A stretch of DNA of 64,000 bases from Gonapodya sp. JEL0774 (Eukaryota), in NCBI GenBank assembly GCA_027604505.1, contig JADIIX010000094.1, positions 1-64,000 on the forward strand, in the 5' to 3' direction. Shown here in pieces: positions 28,901 through 43,200 of this stretch (position 1 is its first letter; each line of letters begins with the position of its first letter). A model generated the notes under the pieces. That model ran no database searches, was not told the DNA's origin, and saw only the letters and a program-made list of their open reading frames with translations. The position numbers were made by a program, and so were the translations under genes.

Positions 28901-31900
28901 AAGGGCGTTTTCCGCACAGTTGGCCAGCGTCACAAGGAGCAACTAATGTCTCTGATGACACAGCTATACTCGACTCAACCTCACTTTGTCCGCTGCATCT
29001 TGCCCAACGAAGAAAAGAAAGCTGGCAAGTTCGAGACTTTGCTCGTCCTAGATCAGCTTCGGTGCAATGGCGTTCTTGAGGGTATTCGTATCTGCCGTGC
29101 CGGTTTCCCTAATCGGCTCGCGTTTGCCGATTTCCGCAAACGATACGAGGTCATTATGCCTGGTGTTATTCCAGCCGGATTTGTGGACGGGAAGCAAGCC
29201 GCAGAACAGCTAGTGGAAGCGCTAGCACTGGACAAGAACCAGTATCGAGTGGGAAACACAAAGGTCTTCTTTAGAGCGGGCGTGGTGAGTAAACATTAAT
29301 CATATTGCTCTCAGTTGTTTTGCACTCACCGCTTATTTCATCTACAGCTCGCTGACCTAGAAGAGCGTCGCGACCAGACCCTCGCCCGTATATTCACAAA
29401 AGTCCAGGCGATTTGGCGCGGATACATTGCACGAAAGAAGTTTAGGCGCATGGTTGAGAAGAGCCGTGCCATCAAGATTATCCAGAAGAACGCGCGTGTG
29501 TATGTAACACTTCGCGAGTGGGCGTGGTGGAGGCTCTACAGCAAGGTGAAGCCCCTGCTCAATGTTACAAGAGTAGATACTGAGCTTCAGAAGAAGGATG
29601 CTGAGCTGAAGGCACTTGAAGAACAGATGGCGAAAGAACGAGAGGAAAGAGCTCGTGTTGAAAAGCTCAGAGCACAACTTGAAATGGAGAAGAAGTCCGT
29701 CGATGAGCAACTTGCATCGCAGCGTGGGGCAGCCGCTGACCAAGCGGAGATTCTGCAGCGTACACAACTGAGGACAATCGAACTTGAAGAGTCGCTCGCG
29801 GACCTGAATGAGGAAGTTGAGAAACTGAACGGAAATATAGCGCAACTCTCAAAACAGAAGCATCAAACCGAGCAGGAGTTCCAGGCCCTTCAGCAGAGCA
29901 TGGCTGAGATGAAATCAGGGATCGAGAGACTAGAGAGGGACAAGCAGGCCAAAGATCAGCAAATTCAAAGCCTCCAGTCACAAGTCCAGATGGACACAGA
30001 GACAACCGAACGTTTGTCGAGAGACAAGGCTGCACTTGAAAGTCAACTCCTGGCTCTCAGGCAGTCTCTTGATGGAGCTGCAACGAAGGAAGGCGACCTT
30101 AGCAAAGCCAAAGCACAACTAACGTCTTCGATCGCCAGCTTGGAGGGACGGCTTCAGAAGGAGCAGGATGATCGCGCAGCTCTTGAAAAATTCAAGAATA
30201 TTTTGGACTCGGAGTTGAGGGACGCTCGAACGCAGTTAGATGATTTAAAGCGGCAGATTACTGACACCTCCAACAGTCTGACTCGCAAAGAGGCAGACCT
30301 GCGACTGCTAAGTGATAATCTGAACAAGGAAATGACGGAGAAGGAAGCTGCCGAGAAATCGAATAGGGAGCTCCAGGCAAAGCTTCAGGCGACTGAAGGC
30401 CAACTTGAAGACGAACTGCGGGAACGTGAGAAACTTGTCATTGCCAAGCGGAAGCTTGAGGGCGAGATGGAGAAAATGCAAGACATTATGCAACAAAAAG
30501 GTGATCAGGCTACCAAGACTGACGAAGTCCGCAAACTGCGGGAGCAAGAGCTTTCGGACACGAAGTCTCAGATCCAAACACTGCAAACGGAACTCGAGGA
30601 GACCCGACGACGACTGAACTCTCAAATTGAGAAACTAAAAGTGGAAATTGAAGGGGAGAAGGCGGAGACCACGAAATTGGCATCAGCAAAAGTTGCACTT
30701 GAGAAGCAGATCCGGGATGTAACTGCTCAGCTGGATAGTGCCGCGGAAGAGCGCGCTCGTCTGGACAAGAATCTACGTGTTTTACAAACTGAGCTCTCAG
30801 ATACCAAAGCGAAGTTGGAAGAATCATCCCAACAGTCTAGTGACTTCCAGAAAGCAAAGGAAAGTGCAGAACGCCAGGTCCAAGTCCTGCAAAGTCGGGT
30901 GGTGGAGCTTGAGGATGAGAAGGCCAAAGTCGAACGCGAAAGATTACTTTTCCAAAAGCAGACTTCCTCGGCCAAAGAAGAGGCTGAGGAAACTGAGCGC
31001 AAAATTGCTACTTTGGATGAAATGCGCAAGAGACTCCAAACGAATCTGACTGACCTCCAACAACAAGCAGACGAAGAAGAGAGGCAAAAGCTCGAGGTTC
31101 AGCGCCAGCTTGCAGCAAAGTCCCAGGAGCTCGAGTCTTTGAAGGCTCGTTACGACCAGGATGCTATCAAAAAAGGGCAGGAATGGGAAGATGCTCGCAA
31201 GAAGTTGGAACGTGACTTTGCGGAGTTACGTGAGAAGTATGCCAGTCTTGAGGCTACCAACTCTACACTCGACAAGACTCGAGGGCGGCTGACAGCTGAA
31301 GTCGAGGATCTCCGACACGAAATTGAGCGAGAACACAATGCAACCCGCCAAGCTGAGCGAGCGCAGAAATCGGCTGAATCGCAAGTGGCGCAAGTTTCCG
31401 CGAGCCTTGATGCAGAGCGGCGGAATAAGGAAGTGGCTGAGTCGACCGCCAGAACGCTCAAAACCAGTATGGAAAGCATTCAAAAGGAGTTGGCGGACAA
31501 GGTGCAGGCCATGTCGGCTTTGCAGCGTCAAAAAAATGACTTGGAAAATGAGCTTAAGAACTTGATTAACGAAGTCGGTGACGGTGGCAAGAACGTACAT
31601 GAGCTGGAGAAGGCTTGCCGCAGGTTCCAGTCTCAAGTAGAGGAACTAAGTGCACAGATCACTGATAACGGCATCACGATTCAAAAACTCGAGGACTCAA
31701 AGAAGGCTCTCGAGGTACAGTTTGCTGATTATCGTACTAAGGTGGAGAAAGATCTCGCCACTAAGGACCAACAACAAGAGGAGACCCGTCGCCTGCTCTT
31801 GAAAGAGATCAATAGCTTGGGCGATCAGCTCGATGAGGCGAATAATGCTAAAAACGAAATACTCAAACAGAAAAGGAAACTTGAGGCTGAGGTTGAAGAC

Positions 31901-34226
31901 AAAATCTCCCGTCAGAACAACCAGGCAAAGAGTGCCAGCGAAATAGAAAGGGCTAAAAAGCAACTCGAATCTTCTATTCGCGAGCTTCAAACTAAACTCG
32001 AGACTGAATCACGGGCGCGGGCGAACTACGAGGATCTTGCCAGGAGGCAGGAGCAGAAGGCTAACACCCTTCAAAGTGATTTGGAAACCCTGCAACTGCA
32101 GCTCGAAACCCAAGAACGAGAAAAGAAAAATCTACTGAAACGCATCGAGGAACTTCGTGCAGAACTAGAAGGCGGTGATGAATCCAAGGCGAGCCTCATT
32201 GAAACCCGCAAGCGCCTCGAGAAAGAGAAAGCCGCCCTCCTAGAGCAGTTGGAAGAAGAGCAGGAGCTCCGACACCAGCTCGAATCCAGAGGTCCTTCGT
32301 CTGGCGATATTGAAGAAGTTAAAAAGAGAATCAGCCAAGAGTACGAAGAACGGCTGGCGAAGCTGGAGGAGTCAAAACGCGCTCTTCTCGCCGCTCAGAG
32401 ACTCGCTCAACAGGAGCTCGACGACCGTCAGAGTGATATTCAGAACTTAGATCGGGCAAAAAAGCTTGTTCTGGATGAAGTGGACGACTTACGGGCGAGA
32501 TTAGAAGCTGAGACCCTGGCAAAGGCTGAGGAGGCAGCGGCCCGCCGGAAGCTTGCAAGCGACATGAAGGACATGACCGACAAACTAGCAACTGAAGTAT
32601 CCAAATCTATGGAGCTTGCTCAGTCAGTCGACTTTTACAAGGCTAAAGCAAACGACACATGGCAGAAGCTCGAGGTGTCCGAGCTTACCAAGATCAAGGC
32701 GGAGAAGGAGGCGACAGCTAACAAGATTCAAATCAAGGAGCTACAGGAATCACTGCAAGAGATCGCAAAAGATAAGGTTTTGCTTGAAGACCGTGCCCGT
32801 TCACTCGAAGTGCAAGTAATAGACCTGCAAGAAGTTGCTGAACAACGGGGTAGTGAGCTGGCGGACATCACCCTGATCAAACAAAAGCTCCAAAGCGAGC
32901 TTGACAATGCGCATCAGCGCACAAAACACGAAATGGAAGAACGCGATCAAGCGGTGGACAGTCTCCGCAAAAAATACCAGAAGGAGATGCAACAGCTGGC
33001 AGAGGAGCTTGATAACGAGAGAGCCGCATCCGTCGCGGTCAAAGAGCAGCGACGGCAGATTGAAGTGGAGAACGAGCGGATAAACTCACGATTGGAACAG
33101 GAGATGTCGTCTGCTTCAACTTGGAAGAAGGAAAAGGAGAAGCTTGAAGCTAAATTGACTGAACTCTCGGTTTTGTACACGGATTCCTTGCAGAGCGAGG
33201 ATGATCTTCAAAATCAACTTACAACTCTTCTATTGAGGGTACGTGATCTTCAAAATCACCTCGACGACGCGGAAGCAGCCAAAGTTGGTCTCGAAAAATC
33301 CAAGAAGACCCTCGAAGCTCGCTTAGAGGAGCTTGAAGAACAATTTCATGTCGCGAGTCGGAGGCGTGTGGACGTAGAGAAATCTCTCAACGCCCTCGAC
33401 AAGGAATTCACCACCATCCGCATGCAGGCCGATGAAGACAAGGACAGAGCTCTCAGCGCCAAGGAGAAGCTTTCTATGGCACAAAATGAACTGACTGCCA
33501 CTCAGGCGGAACTGTCCAAGGAGAAAGAAAGATCGCTAGAATTGGAGAAGCAAACAGTGAGTCCTTCTTTGCGGATCGAAACTTAGGGTGAATAATCAAC
33601 AAGTGACTAACCAGCGTCCGTTCTGCTATCAGGTTACTCTGAACAAGCAGGTCAAAGAGCTCAATGCCCGCGTTCTCGAAATGGAGTCAAGTGCTCTCAC
33701 TGACAATAGCCGGGGTTTCAACAAGTTGACCCTGCAATTACAATCCGTCACTCAGCAGCTTGACGGGTCGGAAAAAGACAAGGCAGCCTTGTCCCGCCAG
33801 GCTCGAGATGCAGAGCGGTTATTGAGAAATGTGCAGTTCCAGCTCGCAGAAAAGGAGCGATCAGAGGCCCGGTTGAAGGAGGATACAACAAAGCAGGAGG
33901 AAAAGTACAAAAAGCTTAAACAACAACACGAAGAGCTTGTAAGTAACCGTCTTGCAGGACCATGCATTATCTGTGGCTTTTCAGATTTGATGTGAATCCT
34001 TGTTCTAGGAATCTCTGGAGAGCACGCTTCAGATCGCGAAACGAAAGGCTGAACGGGATGCGCAAGAGTATAAGGAGAAGTCTATGCGGTGTGTTTCTGC
34101 TGAAAGCTCTGACCATTTTCAAAACCGAATGTCTCACGATGACCACGTTGGTTCATTAGTTACGAGAAGGAGCTCGAGCGCATGAAGGCACGGTCACCAA
34201 TGTCAGCGGGTGGGGCTGCATTCTGA
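25937..34226 (+). CDS. MYO1/myo2: Myosin II heavy chain
   Basis: [32 protein letters not shown]-loop, [42 protein letters not shown] motif and a long heptad coiled-coil tail. Confidence 0.98.
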
Positions 34227-34562
34227 GCCAGATCTGAAAGCTATCCTAATTGAGATGGGAGTACATTGCTCTTGTGAACAAGGCTCTTTGTGTTTTCGAA
34301 TCTTTTTAAAATAAAAATGTGTTCATGGCATTGCTCTCGCGTTGCGATGACGCATAGAATATGTGAAGCAAATCTTGAGGTGCTTTAAACTCATTTTCAT
34401 AAAGGCTGCTTGTTTACTGTGCGGAGGGGATAAAAATATATATGCAAGCTCTCCAATGCACTTGAACGAGTTACAGATAGGTCAGATCAAAATGTAGAAT
34501 GTGAGTTGTAACATGGGTCTGGTCGCAGACTATGTAGTTCATCCACACGTCACACGTGGTTC

Positions 34563-34951
34563 TCATCGAGATGTGGATAGTGTTGAGGACAAGGGTGAGG
34601 GGGAGGACGGAAAGGAGGTCGGAGGTGGTCCAGATATTGTCGACAAGTCAGGGGTGATGGGCAATTCACCATCAGGAGGGCCAGGAGGGCGAATGGGAAT
34701 GGACTGTATCAAACAGAGATTCAAAATGGTTAGGAACCTGAGCAGCGCCGCTGAAAGAGCCCCAAGAGCACAAAATGCTTTCGCGCAGGCCCACCATATC
34801 GGGCTTAATGATATTATGTGTGATGACGGAGCCTGTGAACATTCCTGATGTTGCGGGGACGGAGTTTCAATGAGTCATGGATCCGAGCCATCAAGTTGTT
34901 GAGAGAAGACTCACCTGCCAGGCAGGCAATGAATCCAAGAAATCGACCCAT
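34563..34951 (-). CDS. BRAWNIN/UQCC6 (C12orf73, DUF4516)-like mitochondrial microprotein, 75 aa
   Basis: Exons 34951-34915, 34844-34795 and 34703-34563 with GT-AG introns give MGRFLGFIACLAGMFTGSVITHNIIKPDMSIPIRPP..., matching the family pattern of a TM helix then M..G..V.H...[RK]PD[LM].IP. Confidence 0.7.
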
Positions 34952-35144
34952 TTGATACCAGTCACTGAGAGATGTCCTGCAGTATTGCTTCAGGCAGAGT
35001 GATAGCAGCTGGCCGCCAGCACCGTTCTCGACCAGATTGGACCTTCCCCTGGCCTGGTCCTGACTCAAAAATAACTCTATAACTCATTCAAAGGATTAAT
35101 ACTGACATCGACGCCCCCACATATTTTTCATTTAAAGGCTACAA

Positions 35145-35561
35145 ATGGCGCCAAGATTTCACAACATGGAGCTCTTCCGAGTGAGTTGGTGCCCCAATCT
35201 TCACCGGATAGCATACCACAGTTGCTTAACCGTCCGTCCGCACACACCCGGACTCAGTTCACGGTTTATGTGATGGTTCCCGTATTTGCGATGTGGTTTT
35301 ACAACATCCCGGAGACACAGGGTTGGTTTGACAAGCATGTGAGCCTGTTTCAATCATCTTCTTCCGCTTCAGTGATCGGCTTCCCTGACCAGTTACTCGT
35401 CCACATTCAATGACCGCGTGTTCTAAAAGACAAACAAGGAGAAAATTGTTCCTCGTATAGACTCGCTGAAGACGATACCCGTCCAATCGATGGATGAAAT
35501 TCGCAACAACATCGCCAAGAAGAAGGCCGAAGCGAAAGCGGCTTCAGAAAGTCGAAATTGA
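35145..35561 (+). CDS. PET100: PET100 cytochrome c oxidase assembly factor
   Basis: Exons 35145-35180, 35258-35338 and 35430-35561 give MAPRFHNMELFR|FTVYVMVPVFAMWFYNIPETQGWFDKH|...DEIRNNIAKKK. This shows the LE.F[RK]..Y..P..M..N PET100 signature. Confidence 0.8.
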
Positions 35562-37084
35562 CGAATGCGCTTCTTGTCAACTCCCGGTTGAGGACCGTTT
35601 ACGCCGAATTACGCCGAAAGAATCCAGGGGGCTCCCATTTGGATTTGCACACTGGAGCTCCATCTATCTTCAAGGCTGACCGCTCGTCCTACTGACGCAA
35701 ATTGATACAAATGATGCCACTCGATGGAGCGAGGGACTTTCAGTGAGCTTGCATTGTCTACCGGCTTCTGTTTTGGCTGTTGTTAGATGAGCATCATGTA
35801 TTTAGAAAGATTAATTGTACATATATCACCACTGTATTGGAAATTGAACGATACTCAAAAAATGCGTTAAGTTCCGCTCGCGACGAAGCGAGAGACAGTT
35901 CGATTTTGTCCCTTCTCCCACTCAGTGTCACAGTTTCTCACTACTGCACACTCACCACATTTCGATAATAGGCGTGTGTCTTCATCGCAGGTGACTGGCA
36001 CATGACTACATAACAAGAATCTGTTGGTGGTACGGTCGTTTCTTCCATACTTCGTGATTTGCAGAGCAGCAACGAAGGACAGAAACGTCAGAAGAGATCG
36101 CTGGTTTTCGCAAGTGATTTATAGGTAGACTCTAGACGGTTAGCGTGGCTCACTCCTAGTGTGAGTGCAAATCATCATTGGCTCACAAGCGAACGCATGT
36201 TCATGTGCTCAACGATCTCAATTTGAATGTGATATGGCGAAATTTCTTCAGTCAGTTGCTCTTTATCTCTATCGAGCCCACACTTGGAAACTAAACCCAG
36301 CAATGCAGATCCGTGCGCTCTTTGATCGCCGGTTTGTTAGATGAGAACCCTCTTTGTTGACACGCGTCGCAGGTGGTATTGTGGGTGTACAGCATTCTCA
36401 TGTGCTTCCCAGTATTTTCGTTATATTTCCGTGGCATGTCGCTTCAAAGTTGCAATTCCTTTCCAGAAAGCGCATTGTAGCAGTCCCCTATCGATGTTAC
36501 TGTTAGTTCCACAGAGAGAGTCATGTTATCCCCACCTCCAGCTATTTCTCAGTGGAAAGCCATCACTCTCAGGAGAATGAGGTGACCCAAAGTACGTTGG
36601 TTTCCACCCAGGACCGCCAAAGACACTGATCACTTGAAATACGTCATCCACCAAGCAACTCCCTGACCCTTCTCTCCAGCTTCTTTGTTCTTCGAGACAG
36701 CTTGAGTCACTGCGGTAATCCATACGTGGCCCAAACTGCTACTGAGACCTCTGTGGGTGGAGCGCCATTTGGGAGTCAGCGGGAGTAGTGAGAGGCAGAC
36801 TCAGGGTTTTGTAATCTCCACGAGCCTGTGTTAGTAGTCGCCCTTCCTTTAGATGAAGAAGGAAAGAGCCTTCCGCCTCAATTTAGAATGTTTGTTTACC
36901 GGGAACATTGCGGTTGTTCCTTGTCGCTGAGCCAATCGTTATATCGTAATTCAGGAACCTCACCTAGCTTCTGAGAACTATACATACCGAAAAGCGCTAC
37001 ACCATCCTCCTACCACTCAACTCAAAGCTAAGCCTTCACGGATTCCTCCAATCGCATCGAGATCGCACAGAGAAACCACCCGGA

Positions 37085-40064
37085 ATGGAATCGTCACCAA
37101 GCGACGAAAGTTCAAACCGCAAAAAGGCAGTGAGTTGCCCTCGAAATGGAGCGAAAGGAGTAGATGCATAGCGCCAACCTGCCCTACTCACACATTTGAT
37201 GTGGTGTGCAGACGAAAAGCTGCGATCCATGCAGGCGCAAGCGGATGAAAGTGAGTGATTGCAAGATACATATATTAGAGCTCCACTCCAACCTCGCCCC
37301 AAATTTGAACCGGGACTTCCTTGTAGTGCATACAACGAGGGTTTGTCGTCGGATCTGTGTGCCAACGTTGTCATGAAATGGGACTGGAGTGTACTTACAC
37401 TCATGTTCAAGGGAAGAGGTTCGTGCCATCTCAGTATATCGATCTCAAGAAACTCCAAACTGACTCTTTCATCGGCAGAGGACCGAGAAAAGGAACAGTT
37501 TCATCTGTGTACACCCGTCTCAACAAACTGGAGGGAATGCTTTCACTTGTCGCGGCGGCTGCGGTTGCTGGTGAGTGATACTCCGCGCCAGTGATATCGT
37601 GAGTGGACCCATATCCTTAAACACTTGCAATATCCATTTTTGAAGCTGGTGCGGATGTTACACATATTATTCCACCAGAAGACCCTACACCGGCGACCAG
37701 AAAGCGCACGGAGAAAGAGCCATCCAAGGGCCCTGTGCCCAGACATCCAGAACCTATCCCCAGTGCATCCGCCCCTTTTGATCACTCAAACACATCGCAC
37801 TCTTCCTCTCCCGAATCGAACCTTCCCTCTTTGGATGGACACTCGTCTCCTGACTCAAATCACGATGGAGAGATGGACGTGGACGTGGATTACACGCACG
37901 CAGCGTTGGGAATGATTCCATCCGGAGAAGCGTTATACAACCAGTCTTTCTTTGATAAGCTCACCTCGGACAGCCCCGGTAACTGGCTCCATGATCCGCA
38001 GTTGTTTCTTGCTCCCAACTCATTACGAAATGACCCTGAGGATAGCAGGAATAATGGTAATGGGCAACAACTAATAGCTACGGAAAATGGATCAGATTTG
38101 AAACGACTTCTGGATGCATTCTCAGCAGACTCTCAAGGGCACATGTCTATTTTCGGCGGACTCGATGTTCCAGGAACAAGTAATGTTTACGGCGCGCCTT
38201 GGAGCATAGATGATCTGCTAAACGCGGATATGGTCAATGCACTCTCACGATACTCGGAGCATATGTCGGCATTGTCTCCACCACCTGTATCACCACCGCC
38301 AATTCTCAAAGCACCACCTGAGGTCGCAAACATTAGGACAGCTTTTCCCACCCACATTTTGCATCCCATGCTGCTCCTTTATTTTCAAAATGTTGCGGCT
38401 TGGATACCGTGCATCCACGCAGGCACTTTTTTGGTGGGTTAATATGTTCTAGCTATCCCAAATTCCTTAGAAATGACCCGTTCATTCGCTGTAGGCACAA
38501 TCTCCTTCATACCATGTATCAAACCAGTTTCTCCTGAACACAATGTTTGCAATCACTGCCCCGTTTTACAACGCCACTCAGCAATTTCCAACGGAGTATT
38601 CGTTCGAATATTTCCATTCCAAGGCTTCGGCTATGGCGATGGAAGTTCTCGATGCGCCACCATCTATTGAATCCGTGTGGGGCCTTGCTCACTTTGCACT
38701 TGGCTTCATGGTGGGCACGAAGACGAGGGCTCAATCTGCCGACCACTTTCTTGGGGCAGCAATCGCTATGGCAAAAACACTCAGATTGGATGTGCAACCG
38801 AACTCAAGCAGCTCTCAGTGGTTGAGATTTGAGGAGCGGATCAGGACTCATGAGGTTTTGTGGCAGTTGGACAGATTTTTTGCATCGCTGTTTCGACGGT
38901 AAGTGGATGGGAGCACAAATCCAGACACTCTCTGACCGACGTGAAAGTAGATCACTATTGATACCTTCCAATGTCGATAACTCCGCAATGTTATCCCCAC
39001 ATCGATCTTGGTAAGCAAATTCGTGGTTCATCGTTTCCTCGGAACTTAGGTGGATTGCTCATGTCGCCACTGTAGGAATCCACATTACTTGGGCAGCAAA
39101 CAGGACTTTGATAAGTCCATGCATGAAATTGCCTCGTTATCAGGCATTGTTAGTGAGATGCGGGGGAGGGTGTCCAGGCCAATTCGCGGTGCGGGGAATC
39201 AGCCCTCAGGCAACCCAGAGAGCGAAGTACTTACCGCATTGGGTGCGGTGAAGGAGATGATTCGACGTGATTTTGAAGAGTACCGGAGTGGTGAGTGTTC
39301 ATGCAGGGCTCCCAACAAATGAGCTCAAAGTTATCTGTTAGATCATCCGCAACTATTCCCATTGCTCCGACCTTTACCAGAAGGACATTTGATCATCCTC
39401 AATAATGGGAAGATTGCGGTATCAGATCACAAAGCAGACAGACCGCGGGAAACAAACCTCTATTTCTATGACTACGCGGGACCTTCAATGTGTTCTCGTC
39501 TTGCTTTCCATTCATTATTCAGCCTAACCTTGCCGAGAAGCGAAACGAAAGCGAGGGAGCAAAACGCCATGGAGGCAATTCGATTGATGTTCGTATTGGA
39601 GGACGCTTTCGAATTTGACTGTCATCTCACCCTGAATTGCATTCGCCAAATTGATTGATGCAGAAGCTTCTGCGTTGAAGCTTGCACTCGCCTAAATTAC
39701 ACCTGGGTGGATTTTGGATTTCCACTAGCGGGTTACAGCGCGTATTCAGTGGCATGCGACCTTCTTGATATTCACTTTTCACACTGCGCAATACCCAACC
39801 TGGAAAGCAAGGTTCAAGTGGCTGTATCCGCCCTTGAAGGGTGCGTATGCAGAATTGTGCGGAAGCGTGAATTGGCACTTGCCTGACAACCTTATCTGTC
39901 TTCATAGTTTCGGCAAACGCTGGGGCTATTCTTTGAAGTTGGCCATTGCACTTTCGGAGACTTTGGCCGCCACCAAAAGTGGCTCTCTTCTCACCCTACA
40001 GGAAACCAACTTCGGCCGTGAACAGATCAGATCCATTCTGCGCCCAAATTCTACAGAAGCATAG
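37085..40064 (+). CDS. Zn(II)2Cys6 transcription factor (paralog B)
   Basis: TKSCDPCRRKRMK|CIQRGFVVGSVCQRCHEMGLECTYTHVQGKR, YFQNVAAWIPCIHAGTF and FYDYAGPSMCSRLAFH; colinear with paralog A. Confidence 0.88.
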
Positions 40065-40247
40065 CATTTTGGTATTCATGCTGCTTTACATTCAATTTCG
40101 CCTAGTTGCATGCTCGCGACATCCTTCGCATCATATATGTACATACAATTGCCATATTGGTGGATCATGAGTGTACTCTTGCATAACTCCTAACCACGCC
40201 TCTTCAAATACAAAACGACGATGTCCACTGTCTTGTAGTGCCTCTGC

Positions 40248-43200
40248 TCACCAGATTGACCATCGAAACTCGCTCTCTTCGAACTTGATTGTCCTCACTT
40301 CCTTGTTTACAATTGTCACCCCTTCCAGAGTCCCAATCTTTCCTCTCGTTTCCACCAGCCCTTCACCGAGTGCTTCCTGTCCGACCACCTCGACCTCAAA
40401 ATCTGACACCTCCTTAGCCAAAACATCCATAACCCTCCGTAACATGTCAGGAGGTATCCACCCTCCTCCGCCACTGGTCTCCCCCAACGCCACACTCCAA
40501 ACGGATGCGCCATCCCTTGTAGCCCGCCGACCGAGATCCTCTGTGCGCACGCGGTGGAGCGAGGCGTTGAGGAATGGGTGCGCGCAGGAAATGCGGGGGG
40601 TGCCAGCCGCCGCGCGGCGGTCCAGGTTGGGATCGCGCCAGGTGAGGAGAAAGTCAAACAGGGAGTGGACGGCTTGGTGGCCTGAAATGAGTAGGGAGGG
40701 CGTGGCCGGAGTACGGTTATTCCTGTGATGGAAAGGTAACCGGAATTCGTTGATCCGTCAACGTAAGCCACTCCACATCCACTCACCTCGGCTTGCGCTT
40801 TCCCATCACTCCCACAATCACCCCTTTATCAATGTCCCCCTCCACACCCAGATTGACAATTTCCTCGTCCTCTTCCCCATCAATATCCCACTTTCCCTTC
40901 TGCAATCCGTCGTCATCTACTTTACTCCCGTCCAATGCGGGAACACACTGGGTGTCTTCTTCGAGTTCGTTGGCGTCGAGGGGTCCAAGGGGGTGAAACG
41001 GGATACCTATCGACAGATGCCCGCGATTCGGTTCATCCCGCGCTAATTCACGACCGTCGATCATCGTGAAGAAAACCAGACTCACCTTCTCTCCTCATAG
41101 CTGCTCTTAAACCCCTCGAGCTCCTTCCGACAACCGCCTCCACTTCCAAACTCATCTCGGACTCTCCCTTCACTCTTTTCTCACCTTGCACCCACCCGCC
41201 CCGCACCACCACTCCAAACTCCCCATTGAGATAATAACATTCATCTGCCATACCGTGCCTCACACCGCCGACCGCAGACGACCACGCGTCCCTCCAGTCT
41301 CTCTCCATGGTGGTCCAATGTCGCAAAGCCGCAGATTCTTCGGGAGATAAGCCCGTGCTCGCCGGGCGCTCTGGATGTCGTGCGAGTGAGAAGGCACGTT
41401 GGAAGAGGGGAATCGAAGGGAATGGAAGCTGAGCTTGGTGGCGATAGTGGTGGAGAAGGGAGGGTATGGTTATAGAAGGAACTGCTGGTCCGTTGGGTTG
41501 GGCAGTATTGCTGGGGGTTGAGGACGCATCCAAACACGTCCCCGGCCCCACAGCCACTGCCCTCGTGTGTGACAAAATAGTCTCATACCCAGCCTTTGTC
41601 CCCCCAGACTGCGCAAATAAATGCGCAATGGGCCGAGATGACGATACAACCACCCGGGACACGAGGTGCGGGATCAGCGGCGCGGTGGGGGAGGATAAAT
41701 ACAGAGGCGCAGGAGGGACCGCCGAGAGTAGGTGTTGGGGGAATGGGGAGGCACTAGGTGAAGGAAGGGACTACGGGGCGGATAAACTTGTGTGAGAGCA
41801 GTTGGGAAGATAATAAGAAGACAGTAAAGAGGGCAACTCACGGCAGGGTTGTGCCGACGGAGGACGTCCACTAGGCTGCCCTTTGCCGGCTTCGGCACTT
41901 CCACCGTGCAAGCACTGTCCGGAAAATCTCTGGATGTTGCCTCTACCTCGACCTCTAGGTGCTCCATCCCCCACTCATCTGCTTCTTCAGTACCATCGGC
42001 AGCACTCTCTCCATCACTACCAGTCGCGTCATCATTACCACCCCCAGGCGAAGACCCTATAAATACAGGGCTACTCGGGGAGGCTGGCAAACCGGCCACC
42101 AAGGTTCTTCGCCGACCTACGGCGCGTGGTGTAGATACAATCGGAATGTGCGAGTGACGCGGTGGGTGGGAAGTTGTGCTTGTGGAGGTCGAGGAATCGG
42201 GTTGCGTAGAGAATGCCGTTCTGGATGCTGAAGGCACCGTCCCCACATCGGCGACCAATGCAGCCAATCTGCGTCCCAGAACATTCTCACTCTTTTGTTG
42301 GTCTTCGTTTGGACTCACAGATGTGCATTGCGTGGTAGCAACAGGTTCGGCTGTAGTAATTGACGATAACAGAGCGAACGGATCGCGGGAATGTGAAGGC
42401 GGACGGATAGGCGGTGGCTGCTGCGGACTGTAGTAGAATGGATTAGTGGGACGGCGGAGCGGGCGGGAGGTAAAAGAAGTGGAAGTCCCTGAGCGGTCCG
42501 GAGTGAAGGGAAGAGATGCGAGGGAATTTGCTGAGTGTCGGGGGACGAAGACTGCGGAGGAGGATGGATTAGTGGAAGCCGCAATTTTAGCCATGTTCGT
42601 CCGGGAGCTGAGTGTGGCAAAGGACTTTACTGGGGGATTGGAGTCGGACGCTGTGTTAGGGGAGGAACTGGAATATGAGGCGTTGCTGGCACCGGTCGCG
42701 CGTCGTAGTGAGGCCAGAACGCCGTGAAACGAAGTAACGCCGGATTTGAGTGGATCTTCGGTGACGTCGGTGCTGGAAAATGGGCGTTGCGCACCTGCGA
42801 GGGTGCTTGGGAGAGTTGTGGAGGTAGGGGGTGGGTGAAATACGGTCGGGACATGGGTGGAGGAGGAGGGCTAATGAACGAGTCGAGGAGTTGGGATGTG
42901 TTACATGGCTAATCTCGGCAATTCACTCCCTCGGTTCCGGGTTCTGTTTCAACTCTTCAATTGGGTCCACGGGTTCCCTTGTTCACCATCGTCAACACAC
43001 CTGCTCTGGTTGGTGTAAGACATTCTCCTTCCCCGTCCTTTGTGATGACGATTTTGCGGTAAAGGACTGAAACGAGGACCGCTTGAGGGAACCAGTGTGT
43101 ACAAAGTGGTCAGAAGAGCGGGTCGAAGAAGATTTGTCGCCGCCACCGAGTTTAAACGAAGGGAATGGCGATTTTGACACCCGGGATCCAGATGGAGGGA

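Noticed and set aside
29357..33180. Many antisense ORFs within myosin
   Set aside because: Shadow ORFs of a codon-biased coiled-coil exon.
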